Shown here: positions 42,722-53,394 of the stretch, in pieces | Position numbering within the stretch: position 1 is the first letter of the stretch | How the letters are laid out: each line of letters begins with the position of its first letter | Notes under the pieces: model-generated | The model's database searches: none | Seen by the model: only the letters and a program-made list of their open reading frames with translations | Told to the model about the DNA's origin: nothing | NCBI RefSeq assembly: GCF_988243305.1 | Contig: NZ_OZ547136.1 | Length of the DNA stretch: 64,000 nt | Strand: one strand, 5' to 3' | Position numbers and translations under genes: made by a program

Positions 42722-43157
42722 TACCATGATAATGGTGGCAATGAAGATTAGACAAGGAAGGGAGTAAGTATAATCGGGTGAGGGTCAGAGTAATGGAATG
42801 AGTAAAGATAGAGAGTAAGTAAAAACAGAGTGAATAAAGACAAAGTGAATATAATTATAGTAATAAACCTAAATTAAAAATACTTGCGTATAATGGAAAG
42901 AAATAAGAATTAAGAATAGCGTATGAGTCGTAGTCATGACCTGGCTACAAAAAGTCATTCCATCTGGCTGTCATTCAGACACACTCCCCAAACATTCGAC
43001 TACAAAGTACTAACAGAAAATTAACTGATGTATTATTCTTCTGCCCTGAATGAACATCCGGAAGTATAATCTCCCCTAGCTTCACGTTCACCGGGAAAAA
43101 CGAAGCTATTTACTTTGATGATCGCTGACGAAAAACCGAACAGGCAGTTGCATAATC

Positions 43158-44252
43158 ATGGACAACAGAGAAAAAGAGATACTCAGGATCCTGCGTCACA
43201 ACCCACTGATCCAGCAGAATGAAATTGCTGAGATTTTACAAATCAGTCGGTCGCGTGTTGCTGCACACATTATGGATCTGATGCGCAAAGGTGCGATTAA
43301 AGGGAAAGGCTACATCCTGACAGAACAGGAATACTGTGTTGTTCTTGGGGCGATTAACATGGATATCCGTGGGGTGGCGGATATCCATTATCCACAGAAA
43401 TCCTCCAGTCCGGGCAGTATTTACTGCTCTGCCGGAGGTGTCGGACGCAACATCGCCCATAATCTCGCCCTTCTGGGCCGCAATGTGCATCTGATATCTG
43501 CTGTAGGCAATGATTTTTATGGCGAAACATTACTGGAGCAGACCCGCCTGGCCGGCGTTAATGTCACCAATTGTATTCGACTGAACGGACAAAATACTTC
43601 AACTTATGTCTCCATCGCCGACCTACAGGCAGAAACAGTGATGGCGATTAATGATACCCATATTCTGCAACAACTGACGCCGCAGTTGCTGGACGCCTCA
43701 CGTATGTTAATCCGTCACGCTGGCGTGGTGCTGGCTGACTGTAATCTGACACCTGCCGCCCTTGAATGGATCTTTACGGTCGCTGACGGCATTCCCGTTT
43801 TTATTGATACAGTGTCGAAATTTAAGGCTGTTAATGTAAAAAACTGGCTTCCGCATATCCATACCCTGAAACCCACACAAAAAGAACTGGAGATATTATG
43901 GGGTTCCCCTGTCAACAATGAGACCGATCTACTCACCGCAGTGAACGCACTACATCAGCAGGGTGTGCAACAGATTTTTGTCTGGATGGGAGATGAATCC
44001 GTTTTCTGTAGCCAAAGAGAGGGAGAACAATTTCTGCTCACACCGCCCGTTCATGCCGTTGTGGACAGCTTTGGTGCAGATGATGGCTTTATGGCAGGTC
44101 TGCTTTACAGTTTTCTGGAAGGAAGTAGTTTCCAGGAAAGTGCTCACTTTGCGATGGCATGTGCAGCACTGTCACGTGCCAGCACCAGCATCAATAACCC
44201 AACACTTTCCGTTAATAACGCGCAATATCTGTTAAAAACATCCCGGGGGTAA
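43158..44252 (+). CDS. YeiI-like protein: N-terminal winged-helix HTH fused to PfkB-family sugar/nucleoside kinase
   Basis: 364-aa ORF; HTH (LIQQNEIAEILQISRSRVAAHIMDL) plus PfkB motifs (GGVGRNIAH, DSFGADDGFMAG). Confidence 0.8.
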   Translation: MDNREKEILRILRHNPLIQQNEIAEILQISRSRVAAHIMDLMRKGAIKGKGYILTEQEYCVVLGAINMDIRGVADIHYPQKSSSPGSIYCSAGGVGRNIAHNLALLGRNVHLISAVGNDFYGETLLEQTRLAGVNVTNCIRLNGQNTSTYVSIADLQAETVMAINDTHILQQLTPQLLDASRMLIRHAGVVLADCNLTPAALEWIFTVADGIPVFIDTVSKFKAVNVKNWLPHIHTLKPTQKELEILWGSPVNNETDLLTAVNALHQQGVQQIFVWMGDESVFCSQREGEQFLLTPPVHAVVDSFGADDGFMAGLLYSFLEGSSFQESAHFAMACAALSRASTSINNPTLSVNNAQYLLKTSRG

Positions 44253-44270
44253 CACCCGGGATTGTATTTT

Positions 44271-45521
44271 TTATGCCAGCCCAATGAAAAAACCAGCGAT
44301 AGTCGCACTCATCAGGTTTGACAGGGTGGCCGCCGCCAGTGCACGCATGCCCAGTTGTGCAATTTCAGGTGCACGCTGAGGTGATATGGCTGAAAAGGCA
44401 CCCACCACCACACCAATGGAGCCAAAGTTGGCAAAACCACACAGTGCAAAAGAAATAATTGCGGTGGTTTTCACATCAAGCGTACTGCCTGGCTGTAAAT
44501 AGGGTGAAAGATTGAGATAAGCAACAAATTCGTTAATTGCCAGCTTCTGACCAATCAGACTTCCTGCCAGTGAAGCATCCGCCCAGTCAACGCCCATGAT
44601 CCACGCAAGGGGAGCCAAAATCCAGCCGAAAATGCCCTCAAGGGTAATATTACCATAACCAAACCAGCCTCCGATACCACCGATTATACCGTTAATCAGA
44701 GCAATAATAGCAACAAAGGTCATCACTACCGTTGCAACTCCGACAGCGATTTTCAACCCGGTCATCGCCCCGCTGGCCACTGCTTCAATAACACTTTTGG
44801 GAGGAGTATCAGTGAAAGAAAGATTTTCAAAAGTGACTTTTGATTCTTCTGTGGCCGGACTCAGAATACGGGCAAAAAGGATCCCCCCCGGGATCGCCAT
44901 CAACGACGCCGCCAGCAAATAGTCAATCGGAACCCCCATCCCGGCATAGCCGATCATCATTGAACCGGCAATCGAAGCCATCCCACTGCAGATGACAGTA
45001 AATAATTCATTACGATTCAGACGATTAATAAACGGTTTTACAATTGCCGGGATCTCGTTTTGCCCCAGGAAAATTGTCGTTACTGCCACAAATGACTCAA
45101 CTTTACTTATGTTCAGAGCTTTCTGAAAAATCCCCCCCAGAATACGGATAAGCCCCCCCATCACTCTGATGTAGTACAGCAGACTGATAAGCGCTGTAAC
45201 AAAAATGATGGCAGGAAGTACACGGAAGGCGAAGATAAAACCCGCCCCATCGAACAGTACGTCCATTTTGTCCCCTACCAGAGAGCCAAAAATAAAGGCA
45301 CTGCCCGCATCACTGTAAGACATAATTTTATGTACGCCCAGTGCAGCCTGTTCAACCAGCCATTTCCCCGGGGGGAAATAGAGCATGATCCCACCAATCG
45401 CGATTTGAAGAACCAGTGCAGCTCCTGTGGTACGTAAACTGATACGTTTTTTATTCACTGATAGTAGAAATGCAATTATCAGCAATACTGCCATTCCCAC
45501 TATACTTCTCATGATGTCCAT
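44271..45521 (-). CDS. psuT: NupC-family nucleoside transporter (pseudouridine transporter PsuT-like)
   Basis: 416-aa polytopic membrane ORF of NupC/CNT family; downstream of psuG/psuK on same strand. Confidence 0.75.
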   Translation of the reverse strand: MDIMRSIVGMAVLLIIAFLLSVNKKRISLRTTGAALVLQIAIGGIMLYFPPGKWLVEQAALGVHKIMSYSDAGSAFIFGSLVGDKMDVLFDGAGFIFAFRVLPAIIFVTALISLLYYIRVMGGLIRILGGIFQKALNISKVESFVAVTTIFLGQNEIPAIVKPFINRLNRNELFTVICSGMASIAGSMMIGYAGMGVPIDYLLAASLMAIPGGILFARILSPATEESKVTFENLSFTDTPPKSVIEAVASGAMTGLKIAVGVATVVMTFVAIIALINGIIGGIGGWFGYGNITLEGIFGWILAPLAWIMGVDWADASLAGSLIGQKLAINEFVAYLNLSPYLQPGSTLDVKTTAIISFALCGFANFGSIGVVVGAFSAISPQRAPEIAQLGMRALAAATLSNLMSATIAGFFIGLA

Positions 45522-45604
45522 AATGCTCTCCCCTTATACCTGAACCAGACACGGAATCTGGTTCAGGTAATTTCGGGCGACCTCACACTGCCCGTTCATT
45601 TATA

Positions 45605-46540
45605 TCAGACAATTTGTTGATATTCTTTTGCTATCTCACAGGCCAGAACTGCGTTGTTGAATACCAGCTGAATATTTGATTTCAGACTGTCACCACCGGT
45701 TAATTCTGCCACCCGTGCCAGCAGGAACGGTGTGCTTTCTTTACCGGTAATGCCCTGCACTTCCGCTTCTTTTACGGCCTGGTCAATTGCTGCATTAATT
45801 TTCTCTTCCGCCATGGCGTAAGCTTCCGGAATCGGATTGGCAACAACCAGACCACCGTTCAGGCCGGTTTGCCATTTCACTGCCATCGCGCGGGCAATCT
45901 CTTTTGCACTGTCCAGACGTATACTGACCTCAAACGGACTGGTGCGGCAAAAAAATGCCGGCAATGATCTTGTCTGATAGCCAATTAAAGGTACACCAAA
46001 TGTTTCTAAATATTCCGTGGTTAACCCTAAATCGAGAATGGATTTCGCGCCTGCACAAACCACGGTGACATTAGTATGTGCCAGTTCCTGTAGGTCGGCT
46101 GAAATATCAAAAGTGTGTTCTGCACCGCGATGAACGCCGCCAATTCCTCCTGTGGCAAAAACTTTAATTCCGGCAAGAGCAGCAATAATCATGGTTGAAG
46201 CTACCGTTGTTGCACCATGTTTTCCTTCAGCAATAACGAAAGGTAAATCCCGGCGACTGACTTTGGTAACGTTATGTCCTTCGCGACCCAGTAATTCAAT
46301 CTCATCTTTACTTAACCCGACTTTCATTACACCGCCAATAACGGCAATGGTGGCTGGTACTGCTCCGTGTTTACGTATAGTTTCTTCGACTTCAATAGCC
46401 GTCTGAGCATTCTGAGGAAAAGGCATACCATGTGAGATAATTGTTGACTCGAGAGCAACAACAGGTTTTTTACTGTTAATGGCATCCTGTACTTCCGGTG
46501 AAATTTGCAGTAATTCAGAAGAAATGGTTATTTCAGACAT
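45605..46540 (-). CDS. psuG: Pseudouridine-5'-phosphate glycosidase
   Basis: 311-aa ORF of the PsuG/YeiN family; overlaps psuK stop by 8 nt. Confidence 0.8.
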   Translation of the reverse strand: MSEITISSELLQISPEVQDAINSKKPVVALESTIISHGMPFPQNAQTAIEVEETIRKHGAVPATIAVIGGVMKVGLSKDEIELLGREGHNVTKVSRRDLPFVIAEGKHGATTVASTMIIAALAGIKVFATGGIGGVHRGAEHTFDISADLQELAHTNVTVVCAGAKSILDLGLTTEYLETFGVPLIGYQTRSLPAFFCRTSPFEVSIRLDSAKEIARAMAVKWQTGLNGGLVVANPIPEAYAMAEEKINAAIDQAVKEAEVQGITGKESTPFLLARVAELTGGDSLKSNIQLVFNNAVLACEIAKEYQQIV

Positions 46541-47468
46541 TCTGTTTCTCCACTAAGCTTTTAACGTTAGCAACAGATAATTCAGGATTATTGGTATACT
46601 CACTGGCCAGCGCCATTGATGAACACCCCTGTGCAAATCGAATGGAATCAATAAATGGCATATTATCAACCCAGCAGGAAGCCAGCCCTGCCATCATGGC
46701 ATCCCCTGCCCCCGTAACGTTCACCACCTGTGTTTTTACTGGCGGCGACCAGCCGCTGGCTCCGTACAGTTCGCTGTAATAAACTCCATCCCCCCCCATG
46801 CTGAGCACAAGGCGATTCAGACCATGTGTATGGAACCATACCGCCACTTTTTCAGCATCATTCCGATCTGAAAGCGAAATACCACTGAGTGTTTCTGCTT
46901 CAAGCCGGTTGGGCTTGAGAGTATGAATTTGTGCTAAATGTTCACGAATTTTGACACACTTCCATGCAGATACCGGGTCAACAAATACCGGAACCTTACC
47001 TGCATTATTCAGTAGCCAGACAAGTGTTGACTCACTGATATTACAGTCTGCAACAATAACCTTCGCTCCCTGAATAAAATCAATATGCTGTGATAAAAAC
47101 TCAGCTGAAATATGTTCACTAATCGTCATGTCATTTATTGCCACCAACATTTCACCGGTTTTATCGAGAAGTGATAAATAACTTGAGGTATTTTCTCCAT
47201 TAACAATCAGACATTTATCAACATTAACGCCGGACTGAGTCGTTTGTGCTAATAATGATTGCCCGTAGAAATCATCTCCCACAGCTGACATCAGCCATGA
47301 GTTTTTACCCAGCAGAGCAAGATTATGTGCAATATTACGCCCCACACCTCCGGGCGTGAATTTAATCTTCCCCGGGTTAGAATCAGCATAATTTAAGGAG
47401 GCATACGAATATCCGGCTATATCTATATTGGCAGAGCCAATTGTGATGATGTATTCCTTATCACACAT
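46533..47468 (-). CDS. psuK: Pseudouridine kinase (PfkB family)
   Basis: Start at MCDKEYIITIGSANIDIAGY with RBS CAGGAGA; high similarity to E. coli PsuK as recalled. Confidence 0.8.
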   Translation of the reverse strand: MCDKEYIITIGSANIDIAGYSYASLNYADSNPGKIKFTPGGVGRNIAHNLALLGKNSWLMSAVGDDFYGQSLLAQTTQSGVNVDKCLIVNGENTSSYLSLLDKTGEMLVAINDMTISEHISAEFLSQHIDFIQGAKVIVADCNISESTLVWLLNNAGKVPVFVDPVSAWKCVKIREHLAQIHTLKPNRLEAETLSGISLSDRNDAEKVAVWFHTHGLNRLVLSMGGDGVYYSELYGASGWSPPVKTQVVNVTGAGDAMMAGLASCWVDNMPFIDSIRFAQGCSSMALASEYTNNPELSVANVKSLVEKQNV

Positions 47469-48003
47469 GGCACATCTCCTGACATTTAAAAACACAAAAA
47501 TAATAAATCTGTATTTCTATTCGACCACGCAGATAGAGTTGAACATATATTCAAAATCAAACATGTGTTCACTTTATGCCTGTTTTTAGAAATGTAAATA
47601 CCAGTCCAGAATCAAAAAGTGAAAAATGAAAACAGGATCACAATTTTTATCGTTAATCCATGTTGTCCTTATCCGGTTTTATGGCGTTGCCCTGTTTCAT
47701 CAGGTTATTTGCATGAACGGAATAAATACCGGAGATGACAGGAAACACCATAAGATATTCAGGATGTTACGATGAATTTCATGAGGATCGCTAAAAATGA
47801 GCCTGTTTAATAATTTTATGCAAACACCTTATACCAGGGCTTCCCTTCGGAGATATCAATGACCCCGACAGCGCTCTCACTGCCCTGGTTGCTGGTTTCC
47901 GATATCCTCTTAACTTGCAGGCTCATCCCGCATTTCACTCATGGTGAATAAGGCACATAATGGTCTGGAGTCAATTCTGGCTTACGATTTGTAAATATAA
48001 TAA

Positions 48004-48456
48004 TTAAAGCGTTCTCAAAAGTCTGGCTGGATTACCGGCATACACGCCTTTTACCAGCACGGGCTTTGTAACCACACTACCAGCCCCAATCACTGCTCCA
48101 CTGCAAATTTCTGTTGTTAAAATAGTCGCTCCGCTACCCACTGTTACAGTGTTACCTAATACGATACGTATCCAGCTTTCTGCAGAGGCATCGGGACCAC
48201 CACACTTAAAAAGATCATTAGCAAAAGTTACGCCATGACCGATGAAACAGCCATCACCTAAAATGACGTTCTCACAGATGAAACTGTGGGACTGAATTCG
48301 GCTCCGCTTGCCAATGATGCATCCCTTCTGTATTTCCACAAAGGGACCGATAAAAACATCATCCCCCAGTTCACATTCATAGAGGTTTACTGGCATGACG
48401 ACTTTCACATTTTCACCAAATTTCACATCACGAATGCCGCTGTTAATAACGTGCAT
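48004..48456 (-). CDS. Hexapeptide-repeat (left-handed beta-helix) acetyltransferase
   Basis: 150-aa ORF with repeated [LIV]G-x-x-x-x hexads (IGHGVTFANDL, VGSGATILT, IGAGSVVTK). Confidence 0.75.
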   Translation of the reverse strand: MHVINSGIRDVKFGENVKVVMPVNLYECELGDDVFIGPFVEIQKGCIIGKRSRIQSHSFICENVILGDGCFIGHGVTFANDLFKCGGPDASAESWIRIVLGNTVTVGSGATILTTEICSGAVIGAGSVVTKPVLVKGVYAGNPARLLRTL

Positions 48457-48976
48457 ATCCGTTGTATCCTCCCTCAGGATGATTCTTATCAGAACATTTC
48501 ACCTGTCAGAATATTCCCGGTAATGCGATACAAGATCCTGTCTCACCGGGTACCACGTGTTATTGCCCGTATCCTTTTGCCCGTTACGAGTGTACAACCG
48601 GTTTTGTATTTTGCAATCCAGGCCTGTTACACCAGAGCATCCTCCCACTGCCCCCTCACTGCTCAGTCCGGGATTCAAAGTCATCTTCCAGCACTAAACC
48701 TCATACCAGTTCTGAACCTTCCCTCGCCAGCAGTCAGGATCGTACGGTTCACCACTATCCTCTTCCGTGAATGGCAGTAAGTGAGCAGCACCAAAATAAA
48801 TCGGTACTTCCAATGACAGACAGTGAAAGTGTAAGGGGAAATATGAACATGAGAATGGAAGCAGATAAAAATACCGTTTCATGACTTCAGGGCGATTATC
48901 AGAAAACGAGCTAAGGGCGTCAGCCAACGTCCTGACCGTGGTATACGCTCAGGCACCGGATGCTGTTTTACCGGGT

Positions 48977-49708
48977 TCACCTGCCATCCAGTAGACGCCC
49001 CGGCCCACGACTGCAACCATAATTACGTTGCCCGGAACCGTCATGCTGCTTCGTCTCATATTTCACGAGATAACTGGCTCTGTTCCGGGCTTTCTGCAGC
49101 GCTTCCACATCACCACGCTTGATCCAGAGCACAGCGGCTTCACCTGGCTTTTTGTCTGAAGCCTTCCTGGTATCAGAACATCCACCCGACAAAGGCGTGT
49201 CATCGGAAGAAGGGCGAGCATCAGACGATGTCGGTTTACGGGAAGGCGTCCACCTGGAAAAATGGACCAGGCCATCGCCTTGCCAGGGCTCAAGATGCAG
49301 GGCGCTGCACCATGCCTCCTGGATCATCGTCGCCAGCGAAGACGGTTCGCTGAAATCCCCGAGCGAGCACCAGGTATCTTTGTTGAGCAGTAATATCACG
49401 TGATAATGTTTCCTGCCATACATCTTGCCGAACTCCCGGCACCAGAAATAACGCAGGCTGGTTGCATGCACACGCTGATTGGCCCATCTTTTTTTCCGCT
49501 GGTAAGCCTGAATTTTGGCTTTCAGGGATGCGAAAAAACGGGAAATCACCGCTGAATCCGGATCGGGATCCATGATGGTGACAGGCATATACTCAGGGAA
49601 ACGTAAATCCACCCGGATTAACGAGACGGCACGGTGTTGCACCAGGGCACTGTTGAGAATACTTTCAAAACGGGATAACCAGTAATCATTGTGTATTGGT
49701 TGATTCAT
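48977..49708 (-). CDS. YfjJ/YagK-family prophage protein, paralog 3 (full length)
   Basis: 243-aa ORF with HYHVILLL motif; conserved leader immediately upstream. Confidence 0.6.
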   Translation of the reverse strand: MNQPIHNDYWLSRFESILNSALVQHRAVSLIRVDLRFPEYMPVTIMDPDPDSAVISRFFASLKAKIQAYQRKKRWANQRVHATSLRYFWCREFGKMYGRKHYHVILLLNKDTWCSLGDFSEPSSLATMIQEAWCSALHLEPWQGDGLVHFSRWTPSRKPTSSDARPSSDDTPLSGGCSDTRKASDKKPGEAAVLWIKRGDVEALQKARNRASYLVKYETKQHDGSGQRNYGCSRGPGRLLDGR

Positions 49709-50377
49709 GATGAGAGATCTCCGTTGATTTGGATTGACTTCACATCATTAATCACTGCGGTAAAACTTTACGGCATCCCGCCATTGAGCAACGCCAATGG
49801 CTCCTGATTAAAACAGAATGAATCGTCCCGTAACGAAAAGATAATCCTGCACACGACAGCAAAACGTAAAACAACAGCATGAATGAGCTAAATGTCTAAA
49901 GAAAAACTGCCTTTTCACATTATTTTTCAGCGAGTAATCATACCAGCATCCCTAACATACGAAATCGCATCGTGATCGATCGCTGATTCGCCGAACAACT
50001 GATCGAATACACCGGAATCTGCACTAACATCCTGATGGGTAACGGAAGACTAAAAAACCAGTGTTCTATTGATTGCACGGAATGCCTGTGCGCTGGCCTG
50101 ACCAGTAAGCACAATTCTACGAGTAGTAAGATATCTACTCCAAAACCATGCGCAGTAGCCACCATATGTTGCCAGGGTGAAAAATAAGCTCAGAGCTATA
50201 GGGGAGTAATTCCCGTTAATGTCATCGCCGTACCTCAATCAGCTCACAAACTGGCTGAAACGTTAAGCTGAGGCCTTTATTCTTCAGATGTATTTTCCGG
50301 TTTACCTGTAAATTATCTTCTGATATTTATCACATTAGTAATTGTGCTGATTATCTACATACTTCAAGGTCTGAAAT

Positions 50378-50908
50378 ATGAAGCTAACAGAAGAAAGTCT
50401 GAATCTAGTCATTGACATCCTGAATGATTTGATCTGTGAAGGAAAAATGCTGAACGATGTGGAGCGCAGATCTCTGCTCAATGCAGTTATGGCAATTACA
50501 GCGGTAAAAGAACGTTCTGTCGTATCTGTATCATCCCGAAAAGAGCAAAGTAAGAAGGAGAAGAAGGAAAGAGAGATCGATCCTCGTTTCCCAAATGCTG
50601 GTGTGGCATGGAATGAGGCAGACGAGAGTTTATTGCGAGATGTTCTGGAGGATGTACCGGACGATGAAATTGGTAAACACCTTTTCTGGCTAGCAGAGAA
50701 ACTAGGGCGAACCCCGTACAGTGTAGCCTGTAAAGTCAGACAAATTAAGAAATTACCTGCAGAATGGAAGGATCAATTTCGTAAAATCTCTGACAGGATC
50801 CGTAGTTCTGGAATGTCAGTCAGTGAATATCTACAACGCCAGGGACTGTTAAGCCCAGAGTCAGGGGAAGAAAACAATCCTGTCAGTCATAACAACAATG
50901 TAGCTTAA
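50378..50908 (+). CDS. Hypothetical protein (176 aa), possible DNA-binding
   Basis: Intact ORF with plausible RBS; charged low-complexity linker; no confident family. Confidence 0.45.
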   Translation: MKLTEESLNLVIDILNDLICEGKMLNDVERRSLLNAVMAITAVKERSVVSVSSRKEQSKKEKKEREIDPRFPNAGVAWNEADESLLRDVLEDVPDDEIGKHLFWLAEKLGRTPYSVACKVRQIKKLPAEWKDQFRKISDRIRSSGMSVSEYLQRQGLLSPESGEENNPVSHNNNVA

Positions 50909-52070
50909 TCCTGAAGAAGATGAACAGTTTATACTCTTTAAACTGTTCCCTTAATTTTAGAAAAACAGTTTGTGTAAGTGCATGCTCCAACATTCTGAAG
51001 GCGTTATTTCTTACAATACATCATAATCATTGGCAGATCCTCATCTGAATCAAAACACCACAACCAATCATCACACTTTTTCTGAAAAGAGCCTTATGAT
51101 GAAGATAATCACCTTACGCTGAGAAAAAACACCAGGGCCAGTTAATCACCTTATCAATCTCGCCGTTACAAAATCATCCATAAGCCATTTAACAGTGTTA
51201 TCGCAAACTCACAGTAAATCGCATCAGGTTACCTCAATCGGATTTGAGTTAATTCACTGGGCTTTACGTAAAGATACTTTTCTCAGGTTAACGACTAAAA
51301 CACGAAAACTCAGAAAAGGTTAAACACAGGTTCAGTAAAATCGAATATCATCTTGATTGCTTAAACAGGACAGAGGGTTTTGTAGTGAGGTTAACTGATT
51401 TTAGCGATCGTAAAAAAAGGACTAACAAATTTACTAAACTGGATGTGTTTCAGACAAAGCAATGTGTACAGCAATGCTTAATGAAAATACTTGTATGATT
51501 GTCTATGAAAATGCGTGTATAACACTTAGTGAAGATATGTCTGTATAATACGTATATAGTACCATTCCCGACATTCTCAATATCTTCAGACATCCATGCA
51601 GACTGAGTGTTGATTTCAGTTTTTCACGGCCAGCATGGATCTTTACTGGTCAAAAAACAGACAGGTTTACTCTGGAATTATTTTTTTGATTCCGTCTTCA
51701 GAACAACAAAAACTCGTGATAACTCTACAACAAACTATCGTAATTGGCTTCTGTAACCCCGTCACTTTTCCTAAGAAACGTGCCCCCATATGATGCGGGA
51801 GAGATAAGTCATCGTATACAGGAAACACTGCCAATCATAATATGGCGTCATTCAGTAATTTTTATCCATAATCAGATTAGCATATCATGATTATTGAATA
51901 TTATGATATATAGCTCATATGAATGTGTTATTATCTGTAAGCGTTAAGCATCACATTGCATAACCATACTAAGCTGGCTAATCATCAACATTTTTATATG
52001 TAACTCATTGAAATTAATTATATGTTTTTTGTGAATAATTAATATGTAATGTGAAATTAATATTTTTACA

Positions 52071-53294
52071 TCATGAGCGCCATTTAAAATTACCATCCTG
52101 AATATCATATGACAATATATTTTCACTAAAGCATGAATTGTATATGTCTATTAACTCTGGAAAATTATCAGGATTCACCTTCAAATTCACTTGAATGTTA
52201 CGCTTAATTTCACCCAGCAGTTCTTCATGTGTGGATTTTATTATCCCTTTCTCATAATCGATAAATACACACATGTTCTTTATGAATTCAAAACCTTTTC
52301 CTGTATACAGTTTAATGAATGCCACCAGAGCAAACATTTCAAGATATAGCCATAATGCCACGTTAGTTTTTTGCAAAGTATAAAAAATTGAATTCGCCAC
52401 TCTTTTACTTATTGCTCTTTTATACTGTGATCGAGCAAGATTCAGTAGCGGAAGCTCTCGTTCAATAAATGAATGTGAAAAGACTGGATAAATTGATGTA
52501 GGAAACCTTTCAGGTCTTATGATATTTTCTATTTCCACCATAAATCTATCCATAGAAAGAAAGTCACTTTCTTTTTTTATTCTGGTATAGAGACCGCCTT
52601 TATTTCTTTCTGAGGTTTGTTTTCGTGCTATCCCCCCCAACACTTTCTCTAATTGTTTATTTATCTTCGTATAATTAAATACAACCATTCTTCTTATCAT
52701 CCTCGGAAGGATAATAATATCAGTGCTTGAATCACTTGAGCGGCAATTATTATTTATCCATGCAACTTCAAGTTGCAGTATCGGAACATTAACTTTTCTG
52801 GGGTGAATATCTCTCTGATATCGTTTTTTGTATGCGTTTTCATTAAGATATTCTCTGCTGTAGAGAAACTTATAGCAATATAATCTGATAATATCTTTTA
52901 TGTAAAATTTAAATAGTTCACCTGTAACAGATATATGTTTTCTGCTCAGTAACTCCTGTGTATTAAGCCATTCCCGTGACCGAAGCACACCCTTGTGAAA
53001 ACTTTTTCTTACTTGCTTTGAAGCACGCCATTGATGTAATATTTTTGCGTCCTCAATAATTCTCTTTCCCGTTTTATTTTTTGCAGCATCTCTTACTCTA
53101 TAAAATATCTCCCAGTCCAGACTTTTGTCATATCTACTAATTATACGACAAATATTCCTGACCCGACGATTCTCTTTATTTCGCTTCCATAGCTTATAAT
53201 GATCATCGCATAACCTTAAGGCATTTGCCTCATCAAATTCTGAAACAGGATTACTGCATTTTTTATTCCGACAGATACCTTTGTTTTTAGCCAT
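52071..53294 (-). CDS. Hypothetical Cys-rich protein (407 aa) encoded in strongly AT-rich DNA; orphan cargo gene
   Basis: Long intact ORF with RBS; N-terminal putative zinc-binding motif CRNKKCSNP...CDDH; no recognised domain; divergent from yfjP-like gene. Confidence 0.6.
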   Translation of the reverse strand: MAKNKGICRNKKCSNPVSEFDEANALRLCDDHYKLWKRNKENRRVRNICRIISRYDKSLDWEIFYRVRDAAKNKTGKRIIEDAKILHQWRASKQVRKSFHKGVLRSREWLNTQELLSRKHISVTGELFKFYIKDIIRLYCYKFLYSREYLNENAYKKRYQRDIHPRKVNVPILQLEVAWINNNCRSSDSSTDIIILPRMIRRMVVFNYTKINKQLEKVLGGIARKQTSERNKGGLYTRIKKESDFLSMDRFMVEIENIIRPERFPTSIYPVFSHSFIERELPLLNLARSQYKRAISKRVANSIFYTLQKTNVALWLYLEMFALVAFIKLYTGKGFEFIKNMCVFIDYEKGIIKSTHEELLGEIKRNIQVNLKVNPDNFPELIDIYNSCFSENILSYDIQDGNFKWRS

Positions 53295-53394
53295 ACTCTT
53301 CTTCCCGTCAATGGAAAAATTTTCACACCCATATTACCTGAATGATAAACCGGATTAGTGTGATCCGGTTCAGTGAAATCAACAGGATACCGGT

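Noticed and set aside
42535-42741. 68-aa ORF encoding a Pro-Ser repeat peptide (PPSPPSPP...)
   Set aside because: It is produced by translating the 9-bp tandem repeat on the minus strand in AT-rich non-coding DNA; there is no start context or homology.
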